Shown here: piece after piece, positions 16,718 to 25,905 of the stretch
Layout: the number at the start of each line of letters is the position of its first letter
How positions within the stretch are numbered: the first letter of the stretch is position 1
Virus record (IMG/VR): IMGVR_UViG_3300030059_001160
Coordinates: 1 to 31,190 of that record
Reading direction: 5' to 3' (one strand)
Length of the DNA stretch: 31,190 nucleotides
DNA from: a virus
Taxonomy: Duplodnaviria; Caudoviricetes
Made by a program: the position numbers and the translations under genes
The notes under the pieces: generated by a model
The model's input: only the letters and a program-made list of their open reading frames with translations
Told to the model about the DNA's origin: nothing
The model's database searches: none

Positions 16718-18154
16718 CCAATCTTTCCAGTGTTCCTCGCCTAAAACTGTTTGTGCAATAGATTGTTTATGACGTAACGCTTTGACTATTTTTTCATCTA
16801 CTGTACGTTCACAAACTATATCTATATAGGTCACTTTATTAGTTTGACCTATACGATGTGCTCTATCCTCTGACTGTAACCTTTTTTCTAGGTCGTAGTT
16901 ATTGGAGTAATACACGACGGTACTTGCTGCGGTCAGTGTGATACCGTACCCACCTGTTTGTGTATTGCCTACAAAAAACCTTAAAGGGTTATCAAGGTTT
17001 TGAAAATTATTAATAACTTCTTCCCTACGCTCTTGATCTACGTCTCCATAGTATGTGCCTACCGACTCTGGACCATAGAGCTTGGATAGTGTTTGTTCTA
17101 TCTTTTGTATGTCGTGTCTATAGTTTGCCCAGATGATAACTTTACCGTCTGTTTCTTCTAGCACGGTCAACAGCTCATCCATTCTTTGAGACGGTAGTTC
17201 AGATATGACTCCGTTATCTAGTTTGATAAACCCGCAAGAAATTTGGTGGAGTCTTATAATCTGTGTAATCAAATGTGTGATAGTTACTTTGTCACCGCCT
17301 AGTAAAGACTGAGCTTTTTTCTGTAAATCTTTATACACTCTTTTTTGTTCGTCTGTCATTGAAATGACACGTTTCAAGTAAACCTTGTCTGGTAAATCTA
17401 AGCAATCCTTTTTAAGGACTCTGTAACTGAATTTACCGAGGAGTTCATTTAGCTCTGTAAGGTTTTTATACCCTGTTACTAATTTAAACGTCCTGCCCCC
17501 TGCAGAACGTTCTACTAAATCAGCGTACCGTACTCTAAACGCATAGTAACTACTGAAACCTAGTAAAGAAGGATCTAAAAAATTACACTGGCTAAACAAA
17601 TCTAAAGGACTTTTAGTCACAGGACTCCCTGTAAGTATTCTTTTATAATGTGCGTACTTGCCTATGCGTACTGCGTTTACAGTTCTTTTAGCTTGATGGT
17701 TTTTTATTGTGGTGCTTTCGTCTACAACAAACATAGTCTTACGTTTAAATAGAAAATTAGTAGCGAACTGTGTCCCTTTCTTCGTACTCAGTGCTTCAGT
17801 ATTCATAATCAATATGCTAAGTTTGTTTGGGTCTTCATAAAGAGACTCTAATAATTTTTTATTCTTTTGAGAATTTGAGTTAGACCACTTAACTTTAACA
17901 TAATCAACCTCGTTTTCTGGAGTATGTGTTGGTATTTCTTTGCTGTACCAAGTATCATACACTCCTTTAGTAGCTATTATCAAGACACCGTTTATTTTTC
18001 CTGTTTTATATAGGTAAACAAAATTGTCGATTATTACTTTAGATTTACCGCACCCCATCTCCATAAACAAAGCATACTTTTCCTCGTCGTAAGATTTGTT
18101 TAAAGCCTCTAACTGATGTTCATACGGTTTTGTTTTGAAATAAAATTCAGGCAT
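16709..18154 (-). CDS. SNF2-family (SF2) helicase/ATPase
   Basis: Motif I MEMGCGKS, motif II VVDEST, motif III LTGSP, GGYGITLTAA, and motif VI QSEDRAHRIGQ. Confidence 0.93.
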   Translation of the reverse strand: MPEFYFKTKPYEHQLEALNKSYDEEKYALFMEMGCGKSKVIIDNFVYLYKTGKINGVLIIATKGVYDTWYSKEIPTHTPENEVDYVKVKWSNSNSQKNKKLLESLYEDPNKLSILIMNTEALSTKKGTQFATNFLFKRKTMFVVDESTTIKNHQAKRTVNAVRIGKYAHYKRILTGSPVTKSPLDLFSQCNFLDPSLLGFSSYYAFRVRYADLVERSAGGRTFKLVTGYKNLTELNELLGKFSYRVLKKDCLDLPDKVYLKRVISMTDEQKRVYKDLQKKAQSLLGGDKVTITHLITQIIRLHQISCGFIKLDNGVISELPSQRMDELLTVLEETDGKVIIWANYRHDIQKIEQTLSKLYGPESVGTYYGDVDQERREEVINNFQNLDNPLRFFVGNTQTGGYGITLTAASTVVYYSNNYDLEKRLQSEDRAHRIGQTNKVTYIDIVCERTVDEKIVKALRHKQSIAQTVLGEEHWKDWLL

Positions 18155-18542
18155 AATTAAAGTGATTCCTATATATAACTTATAAATAAGTATAAAATAT
18201 ATAGCTAAGGAAATACTAGCATGTTTTAGTTTAACTTACCAATGACTAACGGCTAATAGCTAATAGGGGGTTAATAGGTTTACCAATAGGTACTCAAACT
18301 CCTTTAAGCTAGAGTGTTTCAAGAAATTGCTTATTGACTTATTAGTAATCTTAAAAAGTTTTAGCAAACTGGTTTATTATTTTTTAGTTTTATATAATAC
18401 TAATAGGGTAAGTAATTAGTAGTAGCCAAGGTAGTTGACGGTGCTGCCTCAAGTCTAATTTATCACCAATATAACTATTGTTTCCTTATCAATGTTATAG
18501 ACACACCGTCATTGAATTTAATTAATAATATAGGTAGGTGTT
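18155..18542. promoter_or_regulatory. AT-rich divergent control region; candidate replication origin and promoters
   Basis: Largest non-coding gap, between divergent genes. YAATAG repeats at 18254, 18261, 18272, 18284 and 18401; inverted related copies (CTTATTG, CTTATTAG) at about 18330-18345; TATAAT at 18393-18398. Confidence 0.55.
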
Positions 18543-19094
18543 ATGAGTACATTTTTCGATAAAATCGAGCAAGATTCAAACATAGATATAAAAGCCGATG
18601 ATTTAAATAATATCAGTGAGCTAGGTAGAAAGCTAAAAGCAATGCAAACGATTATAGATATCGAAGAAACTAAACTCAAGGAATTAAAAGAAGAATACCG
18701 TAAACTCAGTGAAGACATACTACCAAATAAATTAAGAGAGATAGGTATCAGTGAGTTTAAATTATCTGACGGTACACAAATGTCTATCCAACAATATTAC
18801 TCTGCTAGAATTACACCAGAAAATCGTGACTTATGTTTTAATTGGTTAGAGCATAACGGTCTAGGAGACGTGATAAAAAATACAGTTTCAGCTAACTTTT
18901 CAAGAGGTGAAGACGAAGCTGCTGAGCAACTCATGACAAAACTTACAGGTGAAGGGCATTCACTTTCTCAAAGAAAGTGGGTAGAGCCTATGACCCTAAA
19001 AGCGGTTGTCAAAGAGCAGGTGGAACAAGGGAAAGACCTACCCTTGGAAACCTTTAATGTCTATATAGGTCAAAAAATAAAGGTTAAGAAATAA
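18543..19094 (+). CDS. Conserved phage replication-module protein of unknown function
   Basis: AGGTAGGTG RBS. Coiled coil followed by FKLSDG, FNWLEHNGLGDVIKN and PMTLKAVVKEQ motifs, of a type found upstream of phage SSB genes. Confidence 0.7.
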   Translation: MSTFFDKIEQDSNIDIKADDLNNISELGRKLKAMQTIIDIEETKLKELKEEYRKLSEDILPNKLREIGISEFKLSDGTQMSIQQYYSARITPENRDLCFNWLEHNGLGDVIKNTVSANFSRGEDEAAEQLMTKLTGEGHSLSQRKWVEPMTLKAVVKEQVEQGKDLPLETFNVYIGQKIKVKK

Positions 19095-19873
19095 TGTCTG
19101 AGAAAAAAGAACCAGAAAAAAATATAACTGAGAAAAAATCAACCGATGTAACTATAGCTTCTGCTTTTGAAGTAGATGCGGGTGGCGGTTTAGAAAATAT
19201 GACAGCGGATGATTTTACTATCCCCCGCTTAAAAATTCTACAAGCGTTAAGCCCAGAAGTAAATAAACGTGATGGTAAATATATTGAAGGTGCAGCCTCT
19301 GGAGATATTACTAACACGGTGACTAAAGAGTTATATACACAAGAAAACCCGTGTTTTGTACTACCTGTTGCCTACAAGCGTTTGTTTTTAGAATGGGGAC
19401 CACGAGAGAGTGGTGGTGGTTTGGTTAAACAGCATATGGATGCAAGTATTTTAAGTGAAACTACAAAAGATTCATCTTATGCAGATGTATTGCCTAACGG
19501 TAATTACATTCAAACTTCTGCGACACACTATGTCCTGATATTAGAAGGAGACTCTTTTCAGCAAGCTATGATTCCTATGGCAGGTACGCAGTTAAAGAGA
19601 TCTCGTACATGGAACTCTGTTATGTCTAGTATTAAAGTTAAGGGTAGCTCTGGTAATGTGTTTACCCCACCTTCATACAGCCATAAATATAAACTAACCA
19701 CAGTACCAGAGTCAAATGACCGTGGCACATGGTTTGGTTGGAACGTAGAAACGGTTGGTGCTATAACAGAAAGCGAGATGCATCTATACGAAGCAGCAAA
19801 GTTTTTTGCTAACACGGTGACCGCTGACGCTCCTATAGCTAAGGAAACTAACACAGATGAAGCTCCTTTTTAA
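19094..19873 (+). CDS. Putative single-stranded DNA-binding protein
   Basis: DDFTIPRLKILQALSPEV motif, aromatic beta-rich core (NDRGTWFGW), and acidic tail ending DEAPF as in SSB C-termini. Lies before the primase. Confidence 0.6.
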   Translation: MSEKKEPEKNITEKKSTDVTIASAFEVDAGGGLENMTADDFTIPRLKILQALSPEVNKRDGKYIEGAASGDITNTVTKELYTQENPCFVLPVAYKRLFLEWGPRESGGGLVKQHMDASILSETTKDSSYADVLPNGNYIQTSATHYVLILEGDSFQQAMIPMAGTQLKRSRTWNSVMSSIKVKGSSGNVFTPPSYSHKYKLTTVPESNDRGTWFGWNVETVGAITESEMHLYEAAKFFANTVTADAPIAKETNTDEAPF

Positions 19874-19897
19874 CTGAAATCTAAAAAGTCGTTTGTT

Positions 19898-19939
19898 GAT
19901 CCTTTACTTTCATTTCAAAGTAAAAGAAAGTAAAGGGTC
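19898..19939 (+). promoter_or_regulatory. Intergenic inverted repeat (hairpin, operator or terminator-like)
   Basis: GATCCTTTACTTTC (19898-19911) pairs with GAAAGTAAAGGGTC (19926-19939): 14-bp stem with one G-T pair. Only a weak T-tract follows. Confidence 0.6.
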
Positions 19940-19969
19940 TTAGTTTTCTCACCGTAAGGAGTAGCTCGT

Positions 19970-21481
19970 TTGGATACCGCACAAAAACTATATGATATAT
20001 TTTATGGCTCAGCTAGAGCTCATGGAAGTTTTACAGTTAGTAATAATTCATATGGTCAAAAAACTCAAGGTACAGCTAAAACTATTAAAACAGTTGGAGC
20101 TACGCTAAAGCATTGGACAGATCATATCGGTGGTAAAGAAGGTTTAGGTGTAGTACCTATTGACGAAGAAAATCATGTTAAGTGGGGCGCTATAGACATA
20201 GATATATATTCACTAGACTTAAAAAAACTTGTACTAAAAATAGAAGAATTTAAACTACCACTTGTCGTTTGTCGAAGTAAAAGCGGTGGTGCTCATGTGT
20301 ATTGTTTTCTTCAAGAAAAAGCTCCCGCAGGAGACATGCAGGATAAGCTGAGAGAAATATCAGCAGGACTAGGTTACGGTGGTGTAGAAATATTTCCTAA
20401 ACAAAGAGAAATATTAGTAGATCGAGGTGACATAGGTTCTTGGTTAAACATGCCATATTTTGAGGGAGATGAGTCCTTACGTTATGGATTTGACCCTAAA
20501 GGTAATGCCTTAAGTCTCACTGATTTTATTCAGCACGTAGAAAAACGCTCTATCTCTCACGATAAATTAATAAATTTAGAAGTACCGATACTTGATGATA
20601 TAAAAGATGGACCACCGTGTTTACAAGTGTTACTGAAACAAGGGTTTCCCCAAGGCACTAGAAACAATGGTCTGTTTAACGTAGGTGTTTATCTTAAAAA
20701 GTCTAACCCTGAAAAATGGCAAACTGAAATAGAAGAGTACAACCGCAAGTATGTCCACCCACCGTTACCCGCTCAAGAAGTACTGACTTTGATAAGTACA
20801 CTTAAGAAAAAAGAATACAACTATAAATGTAGTGATGAACCTATACGCTCTTACTGTAACGTGGCTAAATGTCGTGGCTGTAAGTTTGGTATCGGAGGAA
20901 GTAATACCGCGCCTACATTTTCTAGTCTATCTAAACTAGACACTAAACCACCGCTGTGGTTTTTATCAATTAATGACAAGCGTTTAGAACTAACTACAGA
21001 ACAAATGCAGAATCAAATTAAATTTCAAAGGGCGTGTATGGAAATATTAAACATTATGCCACCCCGTATGAAAGACCCAGCTTGGCAAACCCTTATACAA
21101 ACACTTATGGATAGTGGTATGGAAATAATTGAAGTAAGTCAGGACGTGACTATAGAAGGTCAGTTTATGGAACTACTCGAATCATTCTGTACAGATATGG
21201 CACAGGCTAACACTAGGGATGAAATACTACTTGGTAAACCGTTCACAGAAGATAAGAAAACGTATTTTAGAATCAAAGACTTAAAAGATTACTTAGCTAA
21301 ACACAGATTTACCGATATGGAAACTAACAGGATCGCTTCTAAGTTACGAGACCTAAAAGCACAGCCTAAGTTTTGGAACATTAAAGGCAGAGGAACTAAT
21401 GTCTGGTATATCAATGAGTTTGAGCACAGGTCAGAAGATATCACATTAGAAACTCAAAACTTTTCAGAGGGAAGACTGTAG
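19970..21481 (+). CDS. Archaeo-eukaryotic primase (AEP/PrimPol)-type DNA primase with PriCT-like domain
   Basis: TTG start after AAGGAG. Motif I WGAIDID, motif II RSKSGGAH, WLNMPY, then GPPCL..GTRNNGLFN and a Cys cluster (YKC..YC..KC..C). No P-loop. Confidence 0.8.
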   Translation: MDTAQKLYDIFYGSARAHGSFTVSNNSYGQKTQGTAKTIKTVGATLKHWTDHIGGKEGLGVVPIDEENHVKWGAIDIDIYSLDLKKLVLKIEEFKLPLVVCRSKSGGAHVYCFLQEKAPAGDMQDKLREISAGLGYGGVEIFPKQREILVDRGDIGSWLNMPYFEGDESLRYGFDPKGNALSLTDFIQHVEKRSISHDKLINLEVPILDDIKDGPPCLQVLLKQGFPQGTRNNGLFNVGVYLKKSNPEKWQTEIEEYNRKYVHPPLPAQEVLTLISTLKKKEYNYKCSDEPIRSYCNVAKCRGCKFGIGGSNTAPTFSSLSKLDTKPPLWFLSINDKRLELTTEQMQNQIKFQRACMEILNIMPPRMKDPAWQTLIQTLMDSGMEIIEVSQDVTIEGQFMELLESFCTDMAQANTRDEILLGKPFTEDKKTYFRIKDLKDYLAKHRFTDMETNRIASKLRDLKAQPKFWNIKGRGTNVWYINEFEHRSEDITLETQNFSEGRL

Positions 21482-22974
21482 TGTGGAATATTGTTCTTGG
21501 ACCACCTGGGACTGGTAAAACTACTTACTTACTTGATAAAGTAGAGGATTTTTTAAACTCAGGTGTGAGACCAGATAAACTTGGTTATGTAGCGTTTACT
21601 AAAAAAGCAGCAAACGAAGCATTGGTTAGAGCGGTGTCTAAGTTTGGCTACGACCCTAAAGAACTTACATACTTTAGAACTCTCCACTCTCTTTGCTATA
21701 GCTGGCTAGGCATGACCAGAAGTGATGTAATGGCTAGAAATAATTTGAGAGATTTTAGTAGAGTCATAGGTGAAAGAATCAACTCTGCTTGGGATGGTGA
21801 AAATATTATGTCACTCGCCAGTAAAGGTGACAAAATGTTATTTCTAGAAAATATGGCACGGTGTCAATGTACTGGGCATCGTGAAACCTGGAACAATGCT
21901 GATTCAAATATATCTTGGATGCATTTTGATTGGTTTATTAAAAACTACTTTAAATACAAAGAAGCTAACTTCTTAATCGATTACACAGACATGCTAGAAA
22001 TGTTTATAAGTTCTAAAGGAAAGCCAGATTTAGACGTACTGATTATAGACGAAGCTCAAGATTTATCCACGCTACAATGGAGATGTGTGGAAAAACTAGC
22101 TGAAGGAGTAGAGCATGTTTTCATAGCAGGTGACGATGATCAAGCTATATATCGATGGGCAGGAGCAGACGTAGACTATTTTATCAACCTAAAAGGCAAC
22201 CACACATATTTAAGACAGTCCTACCGTGTTCCTAGAAAGGTTCACGACATAGCTCTTGGTGTAGTTAAAAGAATACGTAATAGGAAAGAAAAAGTTTGGC
22301 AACCTAGAGTAGAAGAAGGTTCAGTTTCATACCACACCAGTTTTGAACACGTTGATATCTCCTCAGGGGAGTGGTTGTTTTTAGCTAGAAACAACTACCT
22401 ATTAAACAGTGTAGAAAAGCATCTTAAACTCAGTGGTCGGGTGTTCCAGAAAAACAATAAACCCTCTGTGTCAGAAAACTTAGTCAACTCTATAAGAGAC
22501 TGGGAGTTTTTAAGAAAGGGGGATAAGATCAGCGCGGAAAGGATACGTAAGGTCTTTGGATATATGAAAGCGGGTAAGGGGGTTAAAACTGGATACAAAA
22601 CGCTTAAAACGGTCAGGGGGGACACTCAATTAAGTATACAGGAGCTTAAAAAAGACCACGGTTTATTAACAGACAGAATTTGGCATGAATCCTTTGAATT
22701 AATTGGAAACACACAAAGAGAATACTTGATATCCTGTTTAAGGAAGGGTGAAAAGTTAGTGTCGTCTAAAATAAAACTCAATACGATACACGCAGCAAAA
22801 GGTGGTGAGTGTGAAAATGTTGTACTTATAACAGACCTAGCCACAAAAACATGGGAAGAATTATATAATAACCCAGACAATGAGTGCAGAGCTTTCTACG
22901 TCGGGGTCACTCGAACTAAAAACAACCTACATATAATAAAAGGAAAAACAAGGAAAGAGTTTCTTTTCGTTTAA
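21481..22974 (+). CDS. UvrD/Rep-like SF1 DNA helicase
   Basis: GPPGTGKT, AFTKKAA, TLHS, IIDEAQD, AGDDDQAIY, QSYR, TIHAAKGGE and FYVGVTR motifs. Confidence 0.93.
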   Translation: MWNIVLGPPGTGKTTYLLDKVEDFLNSGVRPDKLGYVAFTKKAANEALVRAVSKFGYDPKELTYFRTLHSLCYSWLGMTRSDVMARNNLRDFSRVIGERINSAWDGENIMSLASKGDKMLFLENMARCQCTGHRETWNNADSNISWMHFDWFIKNYFKYKEANFLIDYTDMLEMFISSKGKPDLDVLIIDEAQDLSTLQWRCVEKLAEGVEHVFIAGDDDQAIYRWAGADVDYFINLKGNHTYLRQSYRVPRKVHDIALGVVKRIRNRKEKVWQPRVEEGSVSYHTSFEHVDISSGEWLFLARNNYLLNSVEKHLKLSGRVFQKNNKPSVSENLVNSIRDWEFLRKGDKISAERIRKVFGYMKAGKGVKTGYKTLKTVRGDTQLSIQELKKDHGLLTDRIWHESFELIGNTQREYLISCLRKGEKLVSSKIKLNTIHAAKGGECENVVLITDLATKTWEELYNNPDNECRAFYVGVTRTKNNLHIIKGKTRKEFLFV

Positions 22975-22987
22975 AATTTTACGAGCA

Positions 22988-23014
22988 TGCTATACTTTCC
23001 CTTTACTAGTAAAG
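22988..23014 (+). promoter_or_regulatory. Extended -10 promoter (TGcTATACT) followed by perfect 14-bp palindrome CTTTACTAGTAAAG
   Basis: TG at 22988-22989, TATACT at 22991-22996, palindrome at 23001-23014, all upstream of the glycosylase/modification gene block. Confidence 0.55.
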
Positions 23015-23027
23015 TAAAATATTACAT

Positions 23028-23498
23028 ATGAATATATTTAAACTAGATAAATCTATACGATCCTGTGCAGAAATGCACTGTGATAAACACGTATCAAAAA
23101 TGATACTCGAGTCTGCTCAAATGTTGTGTACTGCGTTGTGGATTAACGGTCAATCAGCCCCGTATAAATCTGTACACGCTAAACACCCCTGTACTCTATG
23201 GGCTGCAGAAAGCCTTGATAATTGGATGTGGTTAAAGGAATTAGCTATATATCTTAACGAAGAGTTTTGCTGGCGATACGATAGGGTTCAAAACCATAAA
23301 TCTGCTGATGTTGTACTGTCGTTACCCGCCCCGCCTATAGAAAGTAAAGGACTACAACAACAACCGCAGTGTATGCCTGAAGAGTATAAAGTAATCAATG
23401 ACCCTGTAAAAGCATATCGTAATTACTACATGGGTGAAAAACAGAGTTTCGCACAATGGACTAAAAGAGAGGTTCCAGAATGGTTCAAGACCAACTAG
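23028..23498 (+). CDS. Pyrimidine-dimer DNA glycosylase/endonuclease V-like family protein
   Basis: MNIFxLD...HCDKHVSKMILESAQMLCT, HAKHPCTLW, PQCMPEEYK, AYRNYY and WTKREVPEW are signature motifs of this phage family. Confidence 0.75.
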   Translation: MNIFKLDKSIRSCAEMHCDKHVSKMILESAQMLCTALWINGQSAPYKSVHAKHPCTLWAAESLDNWMWLKELAIYLNEEFCWRYDRVQNHKSADVVLSLPAPPIESKGLQQQPQCMPEEYKVINDPVKAYRNYYMGEKQSFAQWTKREVPEWFKTN

Positions 23499-24310
23499 AA
23501 AGGTTTTTCTACTATATAAATGAAAGACACAATATTTACCGTAAACGTCAGGAAGGTGAAAAGTTTCCGTGGACTAAAGACGAAATACTACAAACGTATA
23601 GTTTTTGTAATGTTTTTCGTGAGTTAGATAAAGTAACGATATGGCTTAGAGAAAATTGGAAAGAACCTTATGTCGACCATCCCAACCTTCCTTTTGCTAT
23701 GGCTATGGCTCGTCAAATTAATTGGCCAGAGACTTTAGAAGAACTAGGTTTTCCTGAACATTGGAACCCTGAGCGTCTTAAAGCTATAATGCAAGGTAGA
23801 ATGAATAGGAAAGAAAAAGTTTATACAGGTGCATATATGTTGACTGGTACGTTAGGAGGCACTAAAGTAGAGCAAACCATAGATAAAATATTAACACCCT
23901 TATATGAAAACCCACCAACTATTTATAAAAATAGTCTAGAAAAAACTTGGGCTGAGTATTTACCGTATGCTGGGTTTAGTGGATTTATGGCTTATGAGGT
24001 AGTCACAGACCTACGTCATAGTAAGTATCTAGAAAATGCTGATGATATTATGACTTGGGCTAATGCTGGTCCAGGAGCGAAACGTGGGTTAAATAGGATT
24101 TACGGTAGACCGTTAGATCAAACCATTAAAGGTTTTCAATTGACTGAAGAAATGGAACTATTATTGAATTTTTCTGACCAAGAAGGCATACTAGAAAAGT
24201 ATGTACCTAATTTAGAAATGAGAGAAATAGAGCATTGCTTGTGTGAGTTTGATAAATATGAGAGAGTAAGGCTCGGTCAGGGCAGACCAAGGTCAAAATA
24301 CAAACCATGA
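23480..24310 (+). CDS. aGPT-Pplase clade 1 family DNA-modification protein (HhH-glycosylase-like fold)
   Basis: FFYYINERHNIY, PWTKDEIL..YSFCNVFRELDKVT, YTGAY, GFMAYEVVTDL, NAGPGAKRGL and EIEHCLCEFDKY motifs. Confidence 0.85.
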   Translation: MVQDQLERFFYYINERHNIYRKRQEGEKFPWTKDEILQTYSFCNVFRELDKVTIWLRENWKEPYVDHPNLPFAMAMARQINWPETLEELGFPEHWNPERLKAIMQGRMNRKEKVYTGAYMLTGTLGGTKVEQTIDKILTPLYENPPTIYKNSLEKTWAEYLPYAGFSGFMAYEVVTDLRHSKYLENADDIMTWANAGPGAKRGLNRIYGRPLDQTIKGFQLTEEMELLLNFSDQEGILEKYVPNLEMREIEHCLCEFDKYERVRLGQGRPRSKYKP

Positions 24311-24810
24311 ACATAAATAATTTATTCGAAGTGGTGCGCGGCGGCACTATAAAAAGATATCATACATTAGAAACTATCGGAGAGCAGTCTGTGGGAGCTC
24401 ATTCATGGGGCGTAGCTATGATACTACAATATCTAAACCCTGAAATTAGTAAGACAGCTATATTGAGAGCACTTACTCATGATGTAGCGGAACTATATAC
24501 GGGAGATATACCCGCCCCTGTAAAATGGGATAATCCAGAATTAACAACGGTGCTGAAAAATATAGAAGCAGACTATGAGAAAAAATTAGATATAAACTAC
24601 ACAGAAAACTTAACACCAACAGAATATTTACTGTTTAAACAGGCAGATATGTTCGAATTATTATTTTTCTGTATGCGTCAGAGAAAAATGGGTAACACTA
24701 ACATGAATACAGTTTTCAGTAACGGTGTGGAGTTTTTAGCTAAACATGATCTCAATGAACGTGGTTCAAATTTACTCGGTAAACTTATAGAAGAATATGG
24801 AGGTATCTAA
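24307..24810 (+). CDS. HD-domain nucleotide phosphohydrolase (YfbR-like)
   Basis: KRYH, QSVGAHSWGV, LTHDVAELYTGDIPAPVK and KQAD metal-binding pattern. Confidence 0.88.
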   Translation: MNINNLFEVVRGGTIKRYHTLETIGEQSVGAHSWGVAMILQYLNPEISKTAILRALTHDVAELYTGDIPAPVKWDNPELTTVLKNIEADYEKKLDINYTENLTPTEYLLFKQADMFELLFFCMRQRKMGNTNMNTVFSNGVEFLAKHDLNERGSNLLGKLIEEYGGI

Positions 24811-25117
24811 AATGTCTTTACCAAAAAAATTTCAAGAAATGATTGATATAACTGAGCAAGACGTAGAAGAACTAATGGAAGCAGAAAAAAGTTATGGGGA
24901 TAGTTGGCGCAAGCGTGGAGGCACAGGCGCTTTTATGATGCTAGCCCGTAAATGGGATAGAATAGAAAACCAAGTTAAAGCCCATAATTTTGATGTATTC
25001 ACCGCCATCCAAAAAGATAAGAGACCAGAAGGTATCATAGATGATATCCACGACCTACGCAGATACCTGATTTTAGTAGAACAATTTATGTATGAAAAAC
25101 CAGAGGAGACCCAATGA
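24797..25117 (+). CDS. MazG-like/nucleotide-modification-associated all-alpha protein (putative dNTP pyrophosphatase)
   Basis: KSYGDSW, RKWDRI and DDIHDLRRY match the YGDSW..K..R..D...DL..Y pattern. Lies inside the modification cluster. Confidence 0.65.
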   Translation: MEVSKMSLPKKFQEMIDITEQDVEELMEAEKSYGDSWRKRGGTGAFMMLARKWDRIENQVKAHNFDVFTAIQKDKRPEGIIDDIHDLRRYLILVEQFMYEKPEETQ

Positions 25118-25905
25118 AAATATACATCCCGACAAGAGGTAGACCACGTAATCAAGTGACGCTAGAATTTTTTCCTAAAAGTATGGTAGAACACGGTACA
25201 GTAGTGTTAGCTATAGACGAAGACGAAAAAGACCAATATGATAAATACCCAGACGTACCTAAACTGGTTATCCCTGCTTTTGTTAAAGGGATTAGTGCTA
25301 AACGAAAATACATAGTAGAACAAAGCACTGATCCTCGCATAGTTATGTTGGACGACGACTTACGTTTCTATATCCGCAAAAGCCCTACTGATTGGCACCT
25401 CAGGTATTTAGAGCCTGATGAATACTACGCTTTGTTTGGTTTACTAGATGAATGGATGGATCATGGGTACGCTCATGTAGGGATAAGTGCTAGGGAAGGT
25501 AATAACCGTGTTGAAGATTTATCAGTAGAAAACACAAGGTATATGAGGGTGCTTGGCTATAACCTTGAAGCCTTCCCCTCTACTATAGAGTGGAATAGAA
25601 CTCAAGTTATGGAAGATTTCGATATTTCTTTGCAACTATTGAGAAAAGGTAAAGCATGTAAGGTAAGCTATTACTATGCTCAGGGTCAAAAATCCTCTAA
25701 CGCAGACGGTGGTTGTAGTGAGTGGAGAACTATTGATGTACATAACGCAGGTGCTGAAAGGTTGAACGAGCTTCACCCGACTTGTGTCAAAGTAGTTGAA
25801 AAACAAACTAAAACTGCGTGGAATGGTTTACCTCGTAAAGACGTAATAGTGGGTTGGAAAAAAGCATATAAAGAAGGTGTAGAAAATGCAAGTAATCAAA
25901 GTTAG
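25114..25905 (+). CDS. GT-A fold glycosyltransferase, TET/JBP-associated (GREB1-like) type
   Basis: MKIYIPTRGR N-terminus, GISAKRKYI, IVMLDDDLRF (DxD), MEDFDISLQLL and NADGGCS. Confidence 0.8.
   Translation: MKIYIPTRGRPRNQVTLEFFPKSMVEHGTVVLAIDEDEKDQYDKYPDVPKLVIPAFVKGISAKRKYIVEQSTDPRIVMLDDDLRFYIRKSPTDWHLRYLEPDEYYALFGLLDEWMDHGYAHVGISAREGNNRVEDLSVENTRYMRVLGYNLEAFPSTIEWNRTQVMEDFDISLQLLRKGKACKVSYYYAQGQKSSNADGGCSEWRTIDVHNAGAERLNELHPTCVKVVEKQTKTAWNGLPRKDVIVGWKKAYKEGVENASNQS

Noticed and set aside
24307-25117. HD + MazG-like pair as a 2-aminoadenine (Z-genome) pathway
   Set aside because: No PurZ/adenylosuccinate synthetase homolog is in the window, and the neighbouring genes point to pyrimidine modification.
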